Assembly: GCA_963693365.1 (NCBI GenBank)
Contig: CAVNZM010000006.1
Location: forward strand, 10,791,355 to 10,855,354
DNA: 64,000 bases
Source of the DNA: Amoebidium appalachense
Lineage: Eukaryota; Protista; Ichthyosporea
Direction: 5' to 3'
Shown: piece by piece, positions 57,909 through 64,000 of the stretch
Layout: every line of letters starts with the position of its first letter
Numbering within the stretch: the stretch's first letter is position 1
The notes under the pieces: generated by a model
What the model was told of the DNA's origin: nothing
The model's database searches: none
Seen by the model: the letters and a program-made list of their open reading frames with translations, nothing else
Translations under genes and position numbers: made by a program

Positions 57909-60397
57909 GGGGAACCCCAACTAATTGATTTCTCCTTGTAGTCTTTATGGTGTCTCGTAGAGAAAGTAAACCCTGATATATAGTCACCACCCGACATCTA
58001 TGTACGTGATCATGATATACCGCTGAGGGGATATTCCGAGCAAACCCCCCCCCCCCCATACCTGAGACTGGTTCTCTTTGCCTCGAGTAAACAGCGTAAA
58101 CCCCCCCCCAAAGTACTTGGTGATGCTGGATCGCAAACGACATTACGTGATTGGTCTCTTTTACGTTAGATAACTGGTAGGCGATTGAAGATTTGTGATT
58201 GGACATTAAACAACGGAAAGGGCTGGCGGTTAGATCTATAACCGTGTGATCGACTGCCAATCACCATGCGCTTCAAGATCAGTAAAAATAGAACATGATT
58301 ATCCTGCTGTCAGAATGTGACCGAGAGGTTGGATCTATGAAGATAGGAGAGGGTATGGGGGGAATATCCGCTAGGAAATCGGTGGATCATGACAGATCAC
58401 AGATGACAGATCGGGTTTTTCAAAAGCTGTTAAAGGGGCCCTAAAGTTTCTTTTAGGATTTCGGGACAGGTCAGGTCAGAGCGACATGATTGGCGTACTG
58501 AGCATCAGCTGCGCACCATCGTTGAGCCTAGGGCAGCGAGGTACAGATGCGCCATACTACAACAAAAAAGAAAAAGAAAAAAGAGAAAAAAGAAATAAAG
58601 AATGGAAGATAAATAATAAAGAGTTGGAAATGAAATAAGATTGCAGTTCATATCATGATTTTTATGCTGAGCAAATGGCTTGACCCGGATGTGCTGGAAT
58701 GTGGCCAATTAATCGGGCCACCTTTAAAGATGTAACGTGAGTCCATGGCCAATGTAAACACGTGGCGAGCGGGGGCCCCGAGAGCGAGCCTGACTCTTCA
58801 ACAATTGGTGACCGAATTCGAAAAAGTCGCTAATGGAGAAGGCTTTATTCTCTTTTCTTCCTCTCTTCCTCAATATATCCGTTTTAAGATGACTATCCTA
58901 GATCACCTTATTAATGCTGCACAGTATGATATTGTGATCCGGTGCCTTAACTTTCTGTCGGAGCTACCGATGCTAGCATCTGCTTACCCATAATATGTAA
59001 TAGGGGTGTCAGATACTACGATGGCGCTCATTGTTGCCTAGCATGTACATATGTCACTGGCTGCATTTGATTGGCTGTGCTGGAAAACGCAGTAGGCCGT
59101 CGAATGTGGCTGGGCCTCCGGCAATGTCCACGCAATAAAAAGTGTGTAAACCCAAGGCTTCGTCAAAGCCTGGCAAAAAAAAACCACCTAAATCCATACG
59201 CCGCGCACCTGATTGGACAAAACATGATCCGATGACGTAAAATCAGGGGAGAACGATTCGATCCCCAAGCGACATAAAGGGGCCGTCAGGCCCCTCTAGC
59301 GGGGGGTTGGGGGGGCGGCTGCCCCCCCCATTTAGGGCCCAGACACACATAGGGTTATGGTTATTGGGTTTATGTTTTTTATTTTTGTAAATTATTATCA
59401 ATTATTGTATTTTTTTAGCCGGTTATCATCCGATCTCCCTATACCTAGGGCTTCCTTCGTATAGACCTACCTAAAAAAAAACCTATAACCTACACATACA
59501 CTAAGTGTACACAAAACATATCCCAACCGAGATTAGGCCCACATCGCCGTGGGGGACCCACTAGATCGTTTATTGTCAAACGTCAAAAGTGTGTAAACCC
59601 CTTTGGTTTGTTGTTCTAATATTAGCTGTCCTCTTTTTGTGGTTGTGGTAGGTTGTGGTCCTAAATCTGGCCTTCCTGCTCCCCTCTCGACTACTATGTT
59701 TCTAACCCCTATCGTGTGCGTGTGTTTGCCGAGGGGATCCGCAGAGTGCCTTGCCTACAATACTACTGTACACAGCCGCCTGCATACAGCTCACACGTAC
59801 ACGTGACTGCACACACACACTAAATTTTAGAATGTGTGCCAACCACGTGATTGGCTAAATCTGCACCATACCATATTAGGCAGGTATTTTGTTTTTCCTT
59901 TTCCGCGCATGTCAGCCAATCATATTTCGCCATGGTGTTGACGTAGCCGCGAAAAGTCCAGCAACAAAGCAGCTGCACAGTGCCACAAAACGTTCACACT
60001 CGTTGTCAACTGGGAGGGAAGTACTATGAGGAGAAGGCACTTTAGTTGAGAGTTGGAGGGCTGAAAAAAAGTTGTAGAACAGGTGTCCGCCTGTTGGAGT
60101 GTGGTTGCTGAGAGAGGATCCAACGTTGACCAGGAAAAGGTGAGTGTGAGCTTGTGGACGAAGCAGGAGCTAGTCGACGAGTGGCTGGTTATGGTTAGGA
60201 GGCAAGGTTGTGATGCTGGTTGGTTGGGCTTATTGTTATAGTGTGAGCGCCTGTGTAGTAGAAGTTAGTGTCTTGAAACCACGCATTTCCTAAAGCATCC
60301 GACAGCTTGTACCGCATTTTTACTCCCAGCCTGGCTGTCTTAGATTGCAGAAGCGCCTTGACTGCTCTAACTAGGACCGTACAGGACAAGGAAAAAA

Positions 60398-61645
60398 ATG
60401 GCGTCAAATGCACCTAAGCCGATGCCAGCGGCCACCAGCTCCCCGAAGCTCAAGCCGGGGGCTGGGCCAGCAGCTACGGGCTCACCCAAGCCGGCGACAC
60501 CAGCACGGAGGCCGTCTCTACGGAAGCAGATTTCTCTTAGGGGGGTGCCAGAGCTTCAGAATGTGGACGAGGTGAAAGAGTCGTTTAACCGTCACCTGCA
60601 CTTTGACATCGGAAAGGTGCGTATATGTGTGCAGCTTAGTGCTATTAGTTATGAAAATGCTGTTGTGGTAGCTCCAGTCGTGCATCTACGGGTGGCTACA
60701 ATAAGCACAAAGGGAAAGTGTCACATGTTACGCACTTGTGTGGGGCCTATTTCTCCCCTTTCGCTTGGGGCTGATTAAGGGGGGCAGGACCGCAATGTGG
60801 CCGAGTTGTTCGATTACACCACGTCACTGGCCTTGACAGTGAGAGACCAGCTTACGGGCAAATGGATCCGCACACAGCAGAGATACTACGAGGAGGATCC
60901 CAAGGTATGGCAAAAAAAAGGGGTGGAGGGGGGGCAGGGAAACAGGTAACACACAGTAATAGACAAACACTGAGTATGACCACCATTTATTATAGTTATG
61001 ATTATATTTTAGCTTGCAAGATTATGACGAAACAGAGTGTGGAGCCAGATGCAAAGACAAAAGATGATCTTTATGGTGGGCTTGTGAGGAGATTTGCGAA
61101 CCTGTTAGCTCTGGTTACTCACGGTTCAAGGGATGGCAAAAAGAGGGCTTAGTGAGTTTAATAAACATCCGAAAGGAATGGATGCAGATGCCCTTGGGGC
61201 AAACTTATTATCTCACACTTATGAAATATGCACGCATGACATAATTGGCCCGTGTGGTGGTGGTGACACGTGGTTCCTGCAGAGAGTGTACTATCTGTCG
61301 CTGGAGTGGTACATGGGCCGGGCGTTGGGCAACACCATGCTCAACCTGGGCATTCAGGGCGAGTGTGAAGAAGCCATCTACCAGGTGCGTTATCTTGTGT
61401 TCTTTAAACTTTTAACTCCTCCTCTGCCCTGTCGGTGGGGCCGAAAAATTTGGTGACAACTGGGCCATTATACTAAGTGTTTGGGCTGGCCTCCTTGTGG
61501 CTAACTAGTATAAGCTGCTCGCAATTTTTCTGTTTTTGTTTTTCATGGCACCCTTCGGCCCATCAAATCCCCGATCCCCCCCAGCCTCACTTCCGTCCCT
61601 TCACCATGCCATTAGGAGTAAATGTGCTAGGATGATAAAAGGCAA

Positions 61646-61680
<35 letters not shown>

Positions 61681-62725
61681 GAGGGGGAGGGGGTTGGGGT
61701 TGGGGTTGGGGGGAGGGGAAGGGGGGGGGGGGGGAGGTGGGAAAGGGAGGGACGAAAGAGTAGCTTCTAGGGAGGCTTGCTATGTGGACGAGGGGGAGTC
61801 ATAGTGAGGAAGGAGGGAGGGAGGGTGACATGGCAGGTTCCAGCGAGGGGTGAAAGGAGGAAATGTGAGCTGCTTGTGTGGGTGAAAGGGTTCCTCCTTT
61901 GTGGCGGGGACCGGGAAGTGTGTGTAGTATGTGTGTGTGTGTTGGGGGGGCAGGGGGGGGGGGGGGAGAAGGAGGGGGGAGGAGGGGCTGTGAAACGATA
62001 GTTTTTAAAAAGAGGTAAAAGGATAGCTTTTAGGGAGGGGCGATAGGAGGGGGAGGAGGGAGGGGGAATAGTAGGTCACAGGGAAGGGTAAAAGGATAGA
62101 TGAATGTGTAAATGTTCATTATTCGGGGATCTTTTTTCTCGCAGAGTGGATGCTCGAAAATTATGTATTTACAGGAACTCGAGACATGGCAACCCCTTCA
62201 GATCGACCGTAAAAATCTGTAGTCCTTGAAGCGTATTACGTCATCTGAGACGAGGGACTGCCAAATATTTAAACTATAGTCCAATCGGATTCGGTTGCTA
62301 TTAAAAATGGTTAGTACTCACTGTCGTTCAGCGGTAAAGAAGGCGTGAAAGGAGGGGGGCAGAGGGTGTGAAGAATACGCGCTAGGGAGTTTTGGAAGGA
62401 TAGTTTGGAAGGCGGGATGAGAAAGCTATGCCGTAGATGAGGTTAAAAGGATGGATTGAGGGGTGTGAGATGACTTCTTGCTGCAGCTTGGGCTGGAGCT
62501 GGACACACTGGAGGAGCTGGAGGAGGATGCAGGCCTGGGCAATGGGGGCCTTGGCAGGCTGGCAGGTAGGCACATGTGTCCAGACACATATATACATGCA
62601 CGAATGTGTGATGTGTGCTTTCACACACAGAGAGGCACACAAATAGGGATAGAGCTGGAATTATGGGGCAGAACGAGTGATAGGGAGAGAACTGCACGGA
62701 ACCCCCCCCCCCCCCCCCCCCCCCC

Positions 62726-62768
<43 letters not shown>

Positions 62769-63635
62769 ACACACACACATACCCACACGCCTACCTGGAT
62801 GGTCATGTAGAACCCAGACATACGGCCTCCTTCCCACCAGCTCCTTTTTTTGACCCGGGGGGGGGGGGGGGGGGGGGGGGGGGGCGATTGGGAGTGTGTG
62901 TGTGTGTGGGGGGGGGGGGGAGGGGGGGAAGGGGGGAAGGGGGGGGAGGGGTGGCAGAAAAGGAAACACGGTGAAGGGCTGCCGTGCTCACCCATATCTT
63001 ATCATGCTGCTGACTTTTACCAACCACCCATGTTTCCCCATTGATCTGATTGCGCATCTCTGCACGTATCAAAACAACAGATTTTAACCCTATTCTCACT
63101 CGTCTCTCTATAGTCCTTCGTTTGGTTATTTGTTTCGTGCCAGTTATTATATTTATCCCCCCCCCCCCCCCCTTCTCCCCCCTCGCGCCCCTGTCCTACC
63201 AACAAAAAAGGAAATTACGAGTTGAGAAAGAACGAAAAGGCCAGCAACAGCCAAGCAGGGGACACATGCACACACCATCCCTCAGATTTAAATCATATCT
63301 CATTGGCGACATTCGTTTTTTGCCGGGTTCGGTGTCAACACCCCTTGCACTTCCTGCAAACTCAGTCATCCCCCCCCCCCCCCTCCCCCCCCCCCTCCCC
63401 CTACGCACACATACACACATCCACCACCCACCCACCACCACTTGATGTAAGCCTGCGCACACACGGACATACGTGTGCACACACACCACACATACTGCAC
63501 CCACCCACTCTTCCAAAAACGCACTTAAACGCACAAATCTTCATCCTCACCGTCACACACACACGCACACGCATCACATGCATCACATTTCACACCCACA
63601 CCCACACCCACACCCACCGACCCCTTCCCCCCCCC

Positions 63636-63666
<31 letters not shown>

Positions 63667-63720
63667 CCACACCCACCCACCCACACACCCCACCCACCCA
63701 CACACCCACCCACCCACACA

Positions 63721-63758
<38 letters not shown>

Positions 63759-64000
63759 ACACACCCACCCACCCACCCACCCACCCACCTACATACCCAC
63801 GCAGCGTGCTTCATCGACAGCATGGCCACGGTAGGTCTGCCGGCACACGGCTATGGCATCCGCTACGACTACGGCATCTTCACGCAGACCTTTGTGGACG
63901 GCTGGCAGCACGAGCTGCCCGATGATTGGTTGCGCCTGGGCAACCCGTGGGAGCTGGCCCGGCCCGAATACTGCATCCCCGTGCAGTTCTACGGCCGCAC
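60398..64000 (+). CDS. PYG: Glycogen phosphorylase (GT35, animal-type N-terminus), first 5 coding exons; continues beyond the window
   Basis: Exons 60398-60616, 60788-60904, 61283-61384, 62487-62565 and 63805-64000 encode RKQISLRG...[12 protein letters not shown]...[59 protein letters not shown]...[11 protein letters not shown] and [12 protein letters not shown]. Confidence 0.97.

Noticed and set aside
53440-57930. Target-site duplication for the LINE
   Set aside because: The sequence after the A-run (cggggaacccc) has no counterpart at the 5' side.

Overview
Eukaryotic, intron-rich genomic DNA. The gene content and intron positions suggest an opisthokont, probably a unicellular holozoan (inference only). 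Introns and intergenic DNA are saturated with (GT/CA)n, (CT/GA)n and long poly-G/poly-C runs, so most short ORFs in the track are artefacts. By assembling GT-AG exons I recognise seven spliced genes: TMEM222 (-, runs off the left edge), a C6orf120/UPF0669 homologue (+), a short oxysterol-binding (ORD) protein (+), the tRNA-modification GTPase GTPBP3/MnmE (-), DDI1 (+), TOE1 (-) and glycogen phosphorylase (+, runs off the right edge). There is also an intronless GT14 (Core-2/I-branching/xylosyltransferase-like) glycosyltransferase (-) and an apparently intact two-ORF APE-RT non-LTR retrotransposon (about 53.5-57.9 kb). The most interesting unexplained signals are: an abundant ~110-130 bp dispersed repeat family sitting between poly-G/C tracts, whose end resembles the LINE 3' end; a five-unit repeat-spacer-like hairpin array at 5.4-5.85 kb; adjacent PKA-type and animal Ser14-type phospho-motifs in phosphorylase; a tandem duplication of a DDI1 splice acceptor; and splice acceptors preceded by (CA)n instead of a polypyrimidine tract.
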